Shown piece after piece: positions 38,601-50,400 of a stretch of DNA of 64,000 nt. The translations under genes were made by a program, and so were the position numbers. This DNA comes from Eledone cirrhosa. Taxonomy: Eukaryota. A model generated the notes under the pieces. It saw only the letters and a list, made by a program, of their open reading frames with translations, was not told the DNA's origin and searched no databases. The DNA lies in NCBI GenBank assembly GCA_964016885.1, contig OZ024743.1:139128001-139192000 (forward strand). The letters run 5' to 3'. How positions within the stretch are numbered: the stretch's first letter is position 1; every line of letters begins with the position of its first letter.

Positions 38601-41600
38601 ATGCTTGGTGTTTGCTGCTTGCTGCTTGCTGCTTGGTGTTTGGTGCTAGGGGCTTGGTGCTTGGTGATTGGTGTTTGGTGCTTGGTGCTTGGTGCCTGGT
38701 GCTTGGTGCTTGGTGCTTGTTGTTTGGTGCTTGGTGCTTGGTGATTAGTGTTTGGTGCTTGGTGCTTGCGGTTTGGTGTTTGGTCCTTGGGGTTTGGTGT
38801 TTGGTGCTTGGTGCTTGGTGTTTGGTGCTTGGTGCTTGGTGCTTGGTGTTTGGTGCTTGGTGTTTGGTGCTTGGTGCTTGGTGTTTGGTGTTTGGCGTTT
38901 GCTGTTTGCTGTTTGGTGTTTGGTGTTTGCTGTTTGGTGTTTGCTGTTTGGTTTTTGGTGTTTGGTGCTTGCTGTTTGGTGCTTGGTGCTTGGTGTTTGG
39001 TGTTCGGTGCTTGGTGCTTGGTGCTTGGTGTTTGGTGCTTGGTGCTGGGTGTTTGGTGCTTGGTGCTTGGTGTTTGGTGCTTGGTGCTTGGTGCTTGGTG
39101 TTTGGTCCTTGGTGCATGGTGCTTGGTCTTTGGTGCTTGGGTTGTGGTGTTTGGTGCTTGGTGCTTGGTGTTTGGTGCTTGGTTCTTGGTGCTTGGTGCT
39201 TGGTGTTTGGTGATTGCTGCTTGGTGCTTGGTGTTTGGTGCTTGGTGCTTGGTGATTAGTGTTTGGTGATTGGTGCTTGGGGTTTGCTGTTTGGTGCTTG
39301 GTGTTTGGTGCTTGGTGCTTGCTGTTTGGTGTTTGGTGTTTGGTTCTTGGTGCTTGGTGTTTGGTGTTTGGTGTTTGGTGCTTGGTGCTTGGTGCTTGGT
39401 GTTTGGTGCTTGTTGCTTGGTGCTTGGTGTTTGGTGCTGCGTGCTTGGTGTTTGGTGTTTGGTGCTTGGTGCCTGGTGCTTGTTGTTTGGTGCTTAGTGC
39501 TTGGTGTTTGGTGGCTGGTGCTTGGTGCTTGGTGTTTGGAGTTTGGTGCTTGGTGCTCGGTGCCTGGTGTTTCGTGCTTGGTGCTTGGTGCTTGGTGTTT
39601 GGTGTTTGGTGCTTGGTGTTTGGTGTTTGGTACTTGGTGCTTGGTGCCTGGTGTTTGGTGCTTGGTGTTTGATGCTGTGTGCTTGGTGTTTGGTGTTTGG
39701 TGCTTGGTGCTTGGTGTTTGGTGTTTGGAGCTTGGTGCCTGCTGCTTGTTGTTTGGTGTTTGGTGCTTGGTGCTTGGTGCTTGGTGCTTGGTATCTGGTG
39801 TTTGGTGCTTGATGTTTGGTGTTTGCTGCTTGGTGCTTGGTGCTTGGTGTTTGGTGTTTGGTGCTTGGTGCTTGGTGTTTGGTGCTTGGTGTTTGGTGTT
39901 TGGTGTTTGATGCTTGGTGTTTGCTGCTTGGTGCTTGGTGCTTGGTGTTTTGTGTTTGGTGCTTGGTGCTTGTTGTTTGGTGCTTGGTGCTTGGTGATTA
40001 GTGTTTGGTGCTTGGTGCTTGCGGTTTGATGTTTGGTGCTTGGGGTTTGGTGTTTGGTGCTTGGTGCTTGGTGTTTGGTGCTTGGTGCTTGGTGCTTGGT
40101 GTTTGGTGCTTGGTGCTTGGTGTCTGGTGCTTGGTGCTTGGTGTTTGGTGCTTGGTGTTTGGTGTTTGGTGCTTGGTGCTTGGTGCTTGGTGTTAGGTGT
40201 TTGGTGCTTGGTGCTTGGTGTTTGATGTTTGGTCCTTGGTGCTTGGTGTTTGGTGTTTGTTGCTTGGTGCTTGGTGTTTGGTGTTTGGTGCTTGCTGCTT
40301 GCTGCTTGGTGTTTGGTGCTTGGTGATTGGTGCTTGGTGTTTTGTGCTTGGTGCTTGGTGTTTGGTGTTTGGTGCTAGGGGCTTGGTGCTTGGTGCTTGG
40401 TGTTTGGTGCTTGGTGCTTGCTGTTTGGTGCTTGGTGTTTGGTGCTTGGTGTTTGGGGCTTGGTGTTCGGTGCTTGGTGCTTGGTGCTTGGGGCTTGGTG
40501 TTTGGTGTTTGGTGCTTGGTGCTTGGTGTTTGATGTTGGGTCCTTGGTGCTTGGTGTTTGGTGTTTGGTGTTTGGTGTTTGGTGTTTGGTGTTTGGTGCT
40601 TGGTGCTTGGTGTTTTGTGTTTGGTGCTTGGTGCTTGGGGCTTGGTGTTTGGTGCTTGGTGCTTGGTGTTTGGTGCTTCTGCTTGGGGCTTGGTAGTTGG
40701 TGCTTGGTGCTTGGTGCCTGGTGTTTGGTGTTTCGTGTTTGGTGCTTGGTGTATGGTGCTTGGTGCTTGGTGCTGGGTGGTTGGTGTTTGGTGCTTGGTG
40801 CTTGGTGTTTGGTGCTTGGTGCGTGGTGCTTGTTGTTTGGTGCTTGGTGCTTGGTGCTTCGTGATTGGTGCTTGGTGCTTGGTGTTTGGTGCTTGGTGCT
40901 TCGTGATTAGTGTTTGTTGCTTGGTGCTTGGGGTTTGGTGGTTGGTGCTTGGTGCTTGGTGTTTGGTGTTTGGTGTTTGGTGTTTGGTGTTTGCTGTATG
41001 GTGTTTGCTGTTTCGTATTTGGTTTTTGCTGTTTGGTGTTTGGTGTTTGGTGTTTGGTGTTTGGTGTTTGGTGTTTGGTGCTTGGTGCTTGGTGCTTGGT
41101 GTTTGGCGTTTGGTGCTTGGTGCTTGGTATTTGGTGCTTCGTGCTTGGTGTTTGGTGTTTGGTGCTTGGTGCCTGGTGCTTGTTGTATGGTGCTTGGTGC
41201 TTGGTGATTAGTGTTTGGTGCTTGGTGCTTGGTGTTTGGTGCTTGGTGTTTGGTGCTTGGTGCCTGGTGCTTGGTGTTTGGTGTTTGATGCTTGGTGTTT
41301 GGTGTTTGGTGTTTGGTACTTGGTGTTCGGTGCTTGGTGCTTGGTGCTTGGTGCTTGGTGTTTGGTGTTTGGTGCTTGGTGCTTGGTGTTTGATGTTTGG
41401 TCCTTGGTGCTTGGTGTTTGGTGTTGTGTGCTTGGTGCTTGGTGGTTGGTGTTTGGTGCTTGGTGCTTGGTGCTTGGTGTTTGGTGCTTGGTGTTTGATG
41501 CTGCGTGCTTGGTGTTTGGTGTTTGGTGCTTGGTGCTTGGTGTTTGGTGTTTGGAGCTTGGTGCCTGGTGCTTGTTGTTTGGTGTTTGGCGCTTGGTGCT

Positions 41601-42330
41601 TGGTGTTTGGTGTTTGGTGCTTGGTGCTTGGTGCTTGGTATCTGGTGTTTGGTGCTTGATGTTTGGTGTTTGGTGCTTGGTGTTTGGTGTTTGGTGCTTG
41701 GTGCTTGGTGTTTGGTGCTTGGTGTTTGGTGTTTGGTGTTTGATGCTTGGTGTTTGCTGCTTGGTGCTTGGTGCTTGGTGTTTTGTTTTTGGTGTTTGAT
41801 GCTGCATGCTTGGTGTTTGGTGTTTGGTGCTTGGTGCTTGGTGTTTGGTGTTTGGAGCTTGGTGCCTGGTGCTTGTTGTTTGGTGTTTGGCGCTTGGTGC
41901 TTGGTGTTTGGTGTTTGGTGCTTGGTGCTTGGTGCTTGGTATCTGGTGTTAGGTGCTTGATGTTTGGTGTTTGGTGCTTGGTGTTTGGTGTTTGGTGCAT
42001 GGTGCTTGGTGTTTGGTGCTTGGTGTTTGGTGTTTGGTGTTTGATGCTTGGTGTTTGCTGCTGGCTGCTTGCTGCTTGGTGTTTGGTGCTAGGGGCTTGG
42101 TGCTTGGTGCTTGGTGTTTGGTGCTTGGTGCTTGGTGCCTGGTGCTTGGTGCTTGGTGCTTGTTGTTTGGTGCTTGGTGCTTGGTGATTAGTGTTTGGTG
42201 CTTGGTGCTTGCGGTTTGGTGTTTGGTGCTTGGGGTTTGGTGTTTGGTGCTTGGTGCTTGGTGTTTGGTGCTTGGTGCTTGGTGCTTGGTGTTTGGTGCT
42301 TGGTGCTTGGTGTTTGGTGCTTGGTGCTTG
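25480..42330 (+). repeat. About 5.8-kb higher-order repeat, three copies; the last two (about 30.7-36.5 kb and 36.5-42.3 kb) are near-identical
   Basis: ORF pairs 31060/36876, 31791/37607, 32033/37849 and 33443/39259 are offset 5816. Pairs 34206/40001, 35115/40910 and 36396/42191 are offset 5795 after a 21-bp loss near 39500. The earlier copy is offset 5662-5753 (26129/31791, 27697/33443, 28453/34206). Confidence 0.92.
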
Positions 42331-45300
42331 GTGTTTGGTGTTTGGCGTTTGCTCTTTGCTGTTTGGTGTTTGGTGTTTGCTGTTTGGTGCTTGGTGCTTG
42401 GTGTTTGGTGTTTGGTGTTTGGTACTTGGTGCTTGGTGTTTGGTGCTTGGTGCTTGGTGCTGGGTGTTTGGTGCTTGGTGCTTGGTGTTTGGTGCTTGGT
42501 GCTTGGTGCTTGGTGTTTGGTCCTTGGTGCTTGGTGCTTGGTCTTTGGTGCTTGTGTTCTGGTGTTTGGTGCTTGGTGCTTGGTGTTTGGTGCTTGGTTC
42601 TTGGTGCTTGGTGCTTGGTGTTTGTTGATTGCTGCTTGGTACTTGGTGTTTGGTGCTTGGTGCTTGGTGACTAGTGTTTGGTGATTGGTGCTTGGGGTTT
42701 GCTGTTTGGTGCTTGGTGTTTGGTGCTTGGTGCTTGCTGTTTGGTGTTTGGTGTTTGGTTCTTGGTGCTTGGTGTTTGGTGTTTGGTGTTTGGTGCTTGG
42801 TGCTTGGTGTTTGGTGCTTGGTGCTTGGTGCTTGGTGTTTGGTGCTGCGTGCTTGGTGTTTGGTGTTTGGTGCTTGGTGCCTGGTGCTTGTTGTTTGGTG
42901 CTTAGTGCTTGGTGTTTGGTGTTTGGTGCTTGGTGCTTGGTGGCTGGTGCTTGGTGCTTGGTGTTTGGAGTTTGGTGCTTGGTGCTTGGTGCCTGGTGTT
43001 TCGTGCTTGGTGCTTGGTGTTTGGTGTTTGGTGCTTGGTGTTTGGTGTTTGGTACTTGGTGCTTGGTGCTTGGTGCTTGGTGTTTGGTGCTTGGTGTTTG
43101 ATGCTGCGTGCTTGGTGTTTGGTGTTTGGTGCTTGGTGCTTGGTGTTTGGTGTTTGGAGCTTGGTGCCTGCTGCTTGTTGTTTGGTGTTTGGTGCTTGGT
43201 GCTTGGTGCTTGGTATCTGGTGTTTGGTGCTTGATGTCTGGTGTTTGGTGCTTGGTGCTTGGTGCTTGGTGTTTGGTGTTTGGTGCTTGGTGCTTGGTGT
43301 TTGGTGCTTGGTGTTTGGTGTTTGGTGTTTGATGCTTGGTGTTTGCTGCTTGGTGCTTGGTGCTTGGTGTTTTGTGTTTGGTGCTTGGTGCTTGGTGCCT
43401 GGTGCTTGTTGCTTGGTGCTTGTTGATTGGTGCTTGGTGCTTGGTGATTAGTGTTTGGTGCTTGGTGCGTGCGGTTTGATGTTTGGTGCTTGGGGTTTGG
43501 TGTTTGGTGCTTGGTGCTTGGTGTTTGGTGCTTGGTGCTTGGTGCTTGGTGCTTGGTGCTTGGTGTTTGGTGCTTGGTGTTTGGTGCTTGGTGCTTGGTG
43601 CTTGGTGCTTGGTGTTAGGTGTTTGGTGCTTGGTGCTTGGTGTTTGATGTTTGGTCCTTGGTGCTTGGTGTTTGGTGTTTGTTGCTTGGTGCTTGGTGTT
43701 TGGTGTTTGGTGCTTGCTGCTTGCTGCTTGGTGTTTGGTGCTTGGTGATTGGTGCTTGGTGTTTTGTGCTTGGTGCTTGGTGTTTGGTGTTTGGTGCTAG
43801 GGGCTTGGTGCTTCGTGCTTGGTGTTTGGTGCTTGGTGCTTGCTGTTTGGTGTTTGGTGCTTGGTGCGTGGGACTTAGTGTTTGGTGTTTGGTGCTTGGT
43901 GTTTGGTGCTTGGTGTTTGGTGCTTGGTGTTTGGGGCTTGGTGTTCGGTGCTTGGTGCTTGGTGCTTGGGGCTTGGTGTTTGGTGTTTGGTGCTTGGTGC
44001 TTGGTGTTTGATGTTGGGTGCTTGGTGCTTGGTGTTTGGTGTTTGGTGCTTGGTGTTTGGTGTTTGGTGCTTGGTGCTTGGTGTTTGGTGTTTGGTGCTT
44101 GGTGCATGGGGCTTGGTGTTTGGTGCTTGGTGCTTGGTGTTTGGTGCTTCTGCTTGGGGCTTGGTAGTTGGTGCTTGGTGCCTGGTGTTTGGTGTTTGGT
44201 GTTTGGTGCTTGGTGTATGGTGCTTGGTGCTTGGTGCTGGGTGGTTGGTGTTTGGTGCTTGGTGCTTGGTGTTTGGTGCTTGGTGCTTGGTGCTTGTTGT
44301 TTGGTGCTTTGTGCTTGGTGCTTGGTCTTTGGTGCATGGTGTTTGGTGTTTGGCGCTTGGTGCTTGGTGCTTCGTGATTGGTGCTTGGGGTTTGGTGGTT
44401 GGTGCTTGGTGCTTGGTGTTTGGTGTTTGGTGTTTGGTGTTTGGTGTTTGCTGTTTGGTGTCTGCTTTTTGGTGTTTGGTGTTTGCTGTATGGAGTTTGC
44501 TGTTTCGTATTTGGTTTTTGCTGTTTGGTGTTTGGTGTTTGCTGTTTGGTGTTTGGTGTTTGGTGCTTGGTGCTTGGTGCTTGGTGTTTGGCGTTTGGTG
44601 CTTGGTGCTTGGTGTTTGGTGCTTCGTGCTTGGTGTTTGGTGTTTGGTGCTTGGTGCCTGGTGCTTGTTGTATGGTGTTTGGTGCTTGGTGCTTGGTGTT
44701 TGGTGTTTGCTGCTTGGTGTCTGGTGTTTGGTGCTTGGTGTTTGGTGTTTGGTGCTTGGTGCTTGGTGCTTGGTGTTTGGTGTTTGGTGCTTGGTGCTTG
44801 GTGTTTGGTGTTTGGTGCTGGGTGCATGGAGTTTGGTGCTTGGTGCTTAGTGCTTGGTGTTTGGTGTTTGGTGCTTGGTATTTGGTGTTTGGTGCTTGGT
44901 GCTTGGTGTTTGGTGTTTGGCGTTTGCTGTTTGCTGTTTGGTGTTTGGTGTTTGCTGTTTGGTGCTTGGTGCTTGGTGTTTGGTGTTTGGTGTTTGGTAC
45001 TTGGTGCTTGGTGTTTGGTGCTTGGTGCTTGGTGCTGGGTGTTTGGTGCTTGGTGCTTGGTGTTTGGTGCTTGGTGCTTGGTGCTTGGTGTTTGGTCCTT
45101 GGTGCTTGGTGCTTGGTCTTTGGTGCTTGTGTTCTGGTGTTTGGTGCTTGGTGCTTGGTGTTTGGTGCTTGGTTCTTGGTGCTTGGTGCTTGGTGTTTGT
45201 TGATTGCTGCTTGGTACTTGGTGTTTGGTGCTTGGTGCTTGGTGACTAGTGTTTGGTGATTGGTGCTTGGGGTTTGCTGTTTGGTGCTTGGTGTTTGGTG

Positions 45301-47420
45301 CTTGGTGCTTGCTGTTTGGTGTTTGGTGTTTGGTTCTTGGTGCTTGGTGTTTGGTGTTTGGTGTTTGGTGCTTGGTGCTTGGTGTTTGGTGCTTGGTGCT
45401 TGGTGCTTGGTGTTTGGTGCTGCGTGCTTGGTGTTTGGTGTTTGGTGCTTGGTGCCTGGTGCTTGTTGTTTGGTGCTTAGTGCTTGGTGTTTGGTGTTTG
45501 GTGCTTGGTGCTTGGTGGCTGGTGCTTGGTGCTTGGTGTTTGGAGTTTGGTGCTTGGTGCTTGGTGCCTGGTGTTTCGTGCTTGGTGCTTGGTGTTTGGT
45601 GTTTGGTGCTTGGTGTTTGGTGTTTGGTACTTGGTGCTTGGTGCTTGGTGCTTGGTGTTTGGTGCTTGGTGTTTGATGCTGCGTGCTTGGTGTTTGGTGT
45701 TTGGTGCTTGGTGCTTGGTGTTTGGTGTTTGGAGCTTGGTGCCTGCTGCTTGTTGTTTGGTGTTTGGTGCTTGGTGCTTGGTGCTTGGTATCTGGTGTTT
45801 GGTGCTTGATGTCTGGTGTTTGGTGCTTGGTGCTTGGTGCTTGGTGTTTGGTGTTTGGTGCTTGGTGCTTGGTGTTTGGTGCTTGGTGTTTGGTGTTTGG
45901 TGTTTGATGCTTGGTGTTTGCTGCTTGGTGCTTGGTGCTTGGTGTTTTGTGTTTGGTGCTTGGTGCTTGGTGCCTGGTGCTTGTTGCTTGGTGCTTGTTG
46001 ATTGGTGCTTGGTGCTTGGTGATTAGTGTTTGGTGCTTGGTGCGTGCGGTTTGATGTTTGGTGCTTGGGGTTTGGTGTTTGGTGCTTGGTGCTTGGTGTT
46101 TGGTGCTTGGTGCTTGGTGCTTGGTGCTTGGTGCTTGGTGTTTGGTGCTTGGTGTTTGGTGCTTGGTGCTTGGTGCTTGGTGCTTGGTGTTAGGTGTTTG
46201 GTGCTTGGTGCTTGGTGTTTGATGTTTGGTCCTTGGTGCTTGGTGTTTGGTGTTTGTTGCTTGGTGCTTGGTGTTTGGTGTTTGGTGCTTGCTGCTTGCT
46301 GCTTGGTGTTTGGTGCTTGGTGATTGGTGCTTGGTGTTTTGTGCTTGGTGCTTGGTGTTTGGTGTTTGGTGCTAGGGGCTTGGTGCTTCGTGCTTGGTGT
46401 TTGGTGCTTGGTGCTTGCTGTTTGGTGTTTGGTGCTTGGTGCGTGGGACTTAGTGTTTGGTGTTTGGTGCTTGGTGTTTGGTGCTTGGCGTTTGGTGCTT
46501 GGTGTTTGGGGCTTGGTGTTCGGTGCTTGGTGCTTGGTGCTTGGTGCTTGGTGTTTGGTGTTTGGTGCTTGGTGTTTGGTGTTTGGTGCTTGGTGCTTGG
46601 TGTTTGGTGTTTGGTGCTTGGTGCATGGGGCTTGGTGTTTGGTGCTTGGTGCTTGGTGTTTGGTGCTTCTGCTTGGGGCTTGGTAGTTGGTGCTTGGTGC
46701 CTGGTGTTTGGTGTTTGGTGTTTGGTGCTTGGTGTATGGTGCTTGGTGCTTGGTGCTGGGTGGTTGGTGTTTGGTGCTTGGTGCTTGGTGTTTGGTGCTT
46801 GGTGCTTGGTGCTTGTTGTTTGGTGCTTGGTGCTTGGTGCTTGGTCTTTGGTGCATGGTGTTTGGTGTTTGGCGCTTGGTGCTTGGTGCTTCGTGATTGG
46901 TGCTTGGGGTTTGGTGGTTGGTGCTTGGTGCTTGGTGTTTGGTGTTTGGTGTTTGGTGTTTGGTGTTTGCTGTTTGGTGTCTGCTTTTTGGTGTTTGGTG
47001 TTTGCTGTATGGTGTTTGCTGTTTCGTATTTGGTTTTTGCTGTTTGGTGTTTGGTGTTTGCTGTTTGGTGTTTGGTGTTTGGTGCTTGGTGCTTGGTGCT
47101 TGGTGTTTGGCGTTTGGTGCTTGGTGCTTGGTGTTTGGTGCTTCGTGCTTGGTGTTTGGTGTTTGGTGCTTGGTGCCTGGTGCTTGTTGTATGGTGTTTG
47201 GTGCTTGGTGCTTGGTGTTTGGTGTTTGCTGCTTGGTGTCTGGTGTTTGGTGCTTGGTGTTTGGTGTTTGGTGCTTGGTGCTTGGTGCTTGGTGTTTGGT
47301 GTTTGGTGCTTGGTGCTTGGTGTTTGGTGTTTGGTGCTGGGTGCATGGAGTTTGGTGCTTGGTGCTTAGTGCTTGGTGTTTGGTGTTTGGTGCTTGGTAT
47401 TTGGTGTTTGGTGTTTGATG
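42330..47420 (+). repeat. About 2.55-kb tandem duplication (offsets 2575 then 2519), with further related copies from about 48.8 kb and 54.6 kb
   Basis: ORF pairs 42674/45249, 43455/46030, 43619/46194 (2575) and 44168/46687 (2519). The private variant GGTGACTAGTG occurs at about 42666, 45241, 49178 and 54925. Confidence 0.88.
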
Positions 47421-50400
47421 CTTGGTGTGTGGTGCTTGGTGCTTGGTGTTTTGTGTTTGGTGCTTGGTGCTTGGTGATTAGTGTTTGGTGCTTGGTGCTT
47501 GGTGTTTTGTGTTTGGTGCTTGGTGCTTGGTGATTAGTGTTTGGTGCTTGGTGCTTGGTGTTTGGTGCTTGGTGTTTGGTGCTTGGTGCCTGGTGCTTGG
47601 TGTTTGGTGTTTGATGCTTGGTGTTTGGTACTTGGTGCTTGGTGCTTGGTGCTTGGTGTTTGGTGCTTGGTGTTTGATGCTGCCTGCTTGGTGTTTGGTG
47701 TTTGGTGCTTGGTGCTTGGTGGCTGGTGTTTGGTGCTTGGTGTTTGGAGTTTGGTGCTTGGTGCTTGGTGCCTGGTGTTTCGTGCTTGGTGCTTGGTGCT
47801 TGGTGTTTGGTGTTTGGTGCTTGGTGTTTGGTGTTTGGTACTTGGTGCTTGGTGCTTGGTGCTTGGTGTTTGGTGCTTGGTGTTTGATGCTGCCTGCTTG
47901 GTGTTTGGTGTTTGGCGCTTGGTGCTTGGTGTTTGGTGTTTGGTGCTTGGTGCTTGGTGCTTGGTATCTGGTGTTTGGTGCTTGATGTTTGGTGTTTGGT
48001 GCTTGGTGTTTTGTGTTTGGTGATTGGTGCTTGGTGCCTGGTGCTTGGTGCTTGGTGCTTGTTGTTTGGCGCTTGGTGCTTGGTGATTAGTGTTTGGTGC
48101 TTGGTGCTTGCGGTTTGGTGTTTGGTGCTTGGGGTTTGGTGCTTGGTGCTTGGTGCTTGGTGTTTGGTGCTTGGTGCTTGGTGTTTGGTGCTTGGTGCTT
48201 GGTGTTTGGTGTTTGGCGTTTGGTGTTTGGTGTTTGATGCTTGGTGTTTGCTGCTGGCTGCTTGCTGCTTGGTGTTTGGTGCTAGGGGCTTGGTGCTTGG
48301 TGCTTGGTGTTTGGTGCTTGGTGCTTGGTGCCTGGTGCTTGGTGCTTGGTGCTTGTTTGGTGCTTGGTGCTTGGTGATTAGTGTTTGGTGCTTGGTGCTT
48401 GCGGTTTGGTGTTTGGTGCTTGGGGTTTGGTGTTTGGTGCTTGGTGCTTGGTGTTTGGTGCTTGGTGCTTGGTGCTGTGTGTTTGGTGCTTGGTGCTTGG
48501 TGTTTGGTGCTTGGTGCTTGGTGCTTGGTGTTTGCTCCTTGGTGCTTGGTGCTTGGTCTTTGGTGCTTGGGTTTTGGTGTTTGGTGCATGGTGCTTGGTG
48601 TTTGGTGCTTGGTTCTTGGTGCTTGGTGCTTGGTGTTTGGTGATTGCTGCTTGGTGCTTGGTGTTTGGTGCTTGGTGCTTGGTGATTAGTGTTTGGTGAT
48701 TGGTGCTTGGGGTTTGCTGTTTGGTGCTTGGTGTTTGGTGCTTGGTGCTTGCGGTTTGGTGTTTGGTGCTTGGGGTTTGGTGCTTGGTGCTTGGTGCTTG
48801 GTGTTTGGTGCTTGGTGCTTGGTGTTTGGTGCTTGGTGCTTGGTGTTTGGTGTTTGGCGTTTGCTGTTTGCTGTTTGGTGTTTGGTGTTTGCTGTTTGGT
48901 GCTTGGTGCTTGGTGTTTGGTGTTTGGTGTTTGGTACTTGGTGCTTGGTGTTTGGTGCTTGGTGCTTGGTGCTGGGTGTTTGGTGCTTGGTGCTTGGTGT
49001 TTGGTGCTTGGTGCTTGGTGCTTGGTGTTTGGTCCTTGGTGCTTGGTGCTTGGTCTTTGGTGCTTGTGTTCTGGTGTTTGGTGCTTGGTGCTTGGTGTTT
49101 GGTGCTTGGTTCTTGGTGCTTGGTGCTTGGTGTTTGTTGATTGCTGCTTGGTGCTTGGTGTTTGGTGCTTGGTGCTTGGTGACTAGTGTTTGGTGATTGG
49201 TGCTTGGGGTTTGCTGTTTGGTGCTTGGTGTTTGGTGCTTGGTGCTTGCTGTTTGGTGTTTGGTGTTTGGTTCTTGGTGCTTGGTGTTTGGTGTTTGGTG
49301 TTTGGTGCTTGGTGCTTGGTGTTTGGTGCTTGGTGCTTGGTGCTTGGTGTTTGGTGCTGCGTGCTTGGTGTTTGGTGTTTGGTGCTTGGTGCCTGGTGCT
49401 TGTTGTTTGGTGCTTAGTGCTTGGTGTTTGGTGTTTGGTGCTTGGTGCTTGGTGGCTGGTGCTTGGTGCTTGGTGTTTGGAGTTTGGTGCTTGGTGCTTG
49501 GTGCCTGGTGTTTCGTGCTTGGTGCTTGGTGTTTCGTGTTTGGTGCTTGGTGTTTGGTGTTTGGTACTTGGTGCTTGGTGCTTGGTGCTTGGTGTTTGGT
49601 GCTTGGTGTTTGATGCTGCGTGCTTGGTGTTTGGTGTTTGGTGCTTGGTGCTTCGTGTTTGCTGTTTGGAGCTTGGTGCCTGCTGCTTGTTGTTTGGTGT
49701 TTGGTGCTTGGTGCTTGGTGCTTGGTATCTGGTGTTTGGTGTTTGGTGCTTGATGTCTGGTGTTTGGTGCTTGGTGCTTGGTGCTTGGTGTTTGGTGTTT
49801 GGTGCTTGGTGCTTGGTGTTTGGTGCTTGGTGTTTGGTGTTTGGTGTTTGATGCTTGGTGTTTGCTGCTTGGTGCTTGGTGCTTGGTGTTTTGTGTTTGG
49901 TGCTTGGTGCTTGGTGCCTGGTGCTTGTTGCTTGGTGCTTGTTGATTGGTGCTTGGTGCTTGGTGATTAGTGTTTGGTGCTTGGTGCGTGCGGTTTGATG
50001 TTTGGTGCTTGGGGTTTGGTGTTTGGTGCTTGGTGCTTGGTGTTTGGTGCTTGGTGCTTGGTGCTTGGTGCTTGGTGCTTGGTGTTTGATGTTTGGTCCT
50101 TGGTGCTTGGTGTTTGGTGTTTGTTGCTTGGTGCTTGGTGTTTGGTGTTTGGTGCTTGGGGTTTGGTGTTTGGTGTTTGGTGCTTGGTGTTTGGTGCTTG
50201 GTGCTTGGTGTTAGGTGTTTGGTGTTTGGTGCTTGGTGTTTGATGTTTGGTCCTTGGTGCTTGGTGTTTGGTGTTTGTTGCTTGGTGCTTGGTGTTTGGT
50301 GTTTGGTGCTTGCTGCTTGCTGCTTGGTGTTTGGTGCTTGGTGATTGGTGCTTGGTGTTTTGTGCTTGGTGCTTGGTGTTTGGTGTTTGGTGCTAGGGGC

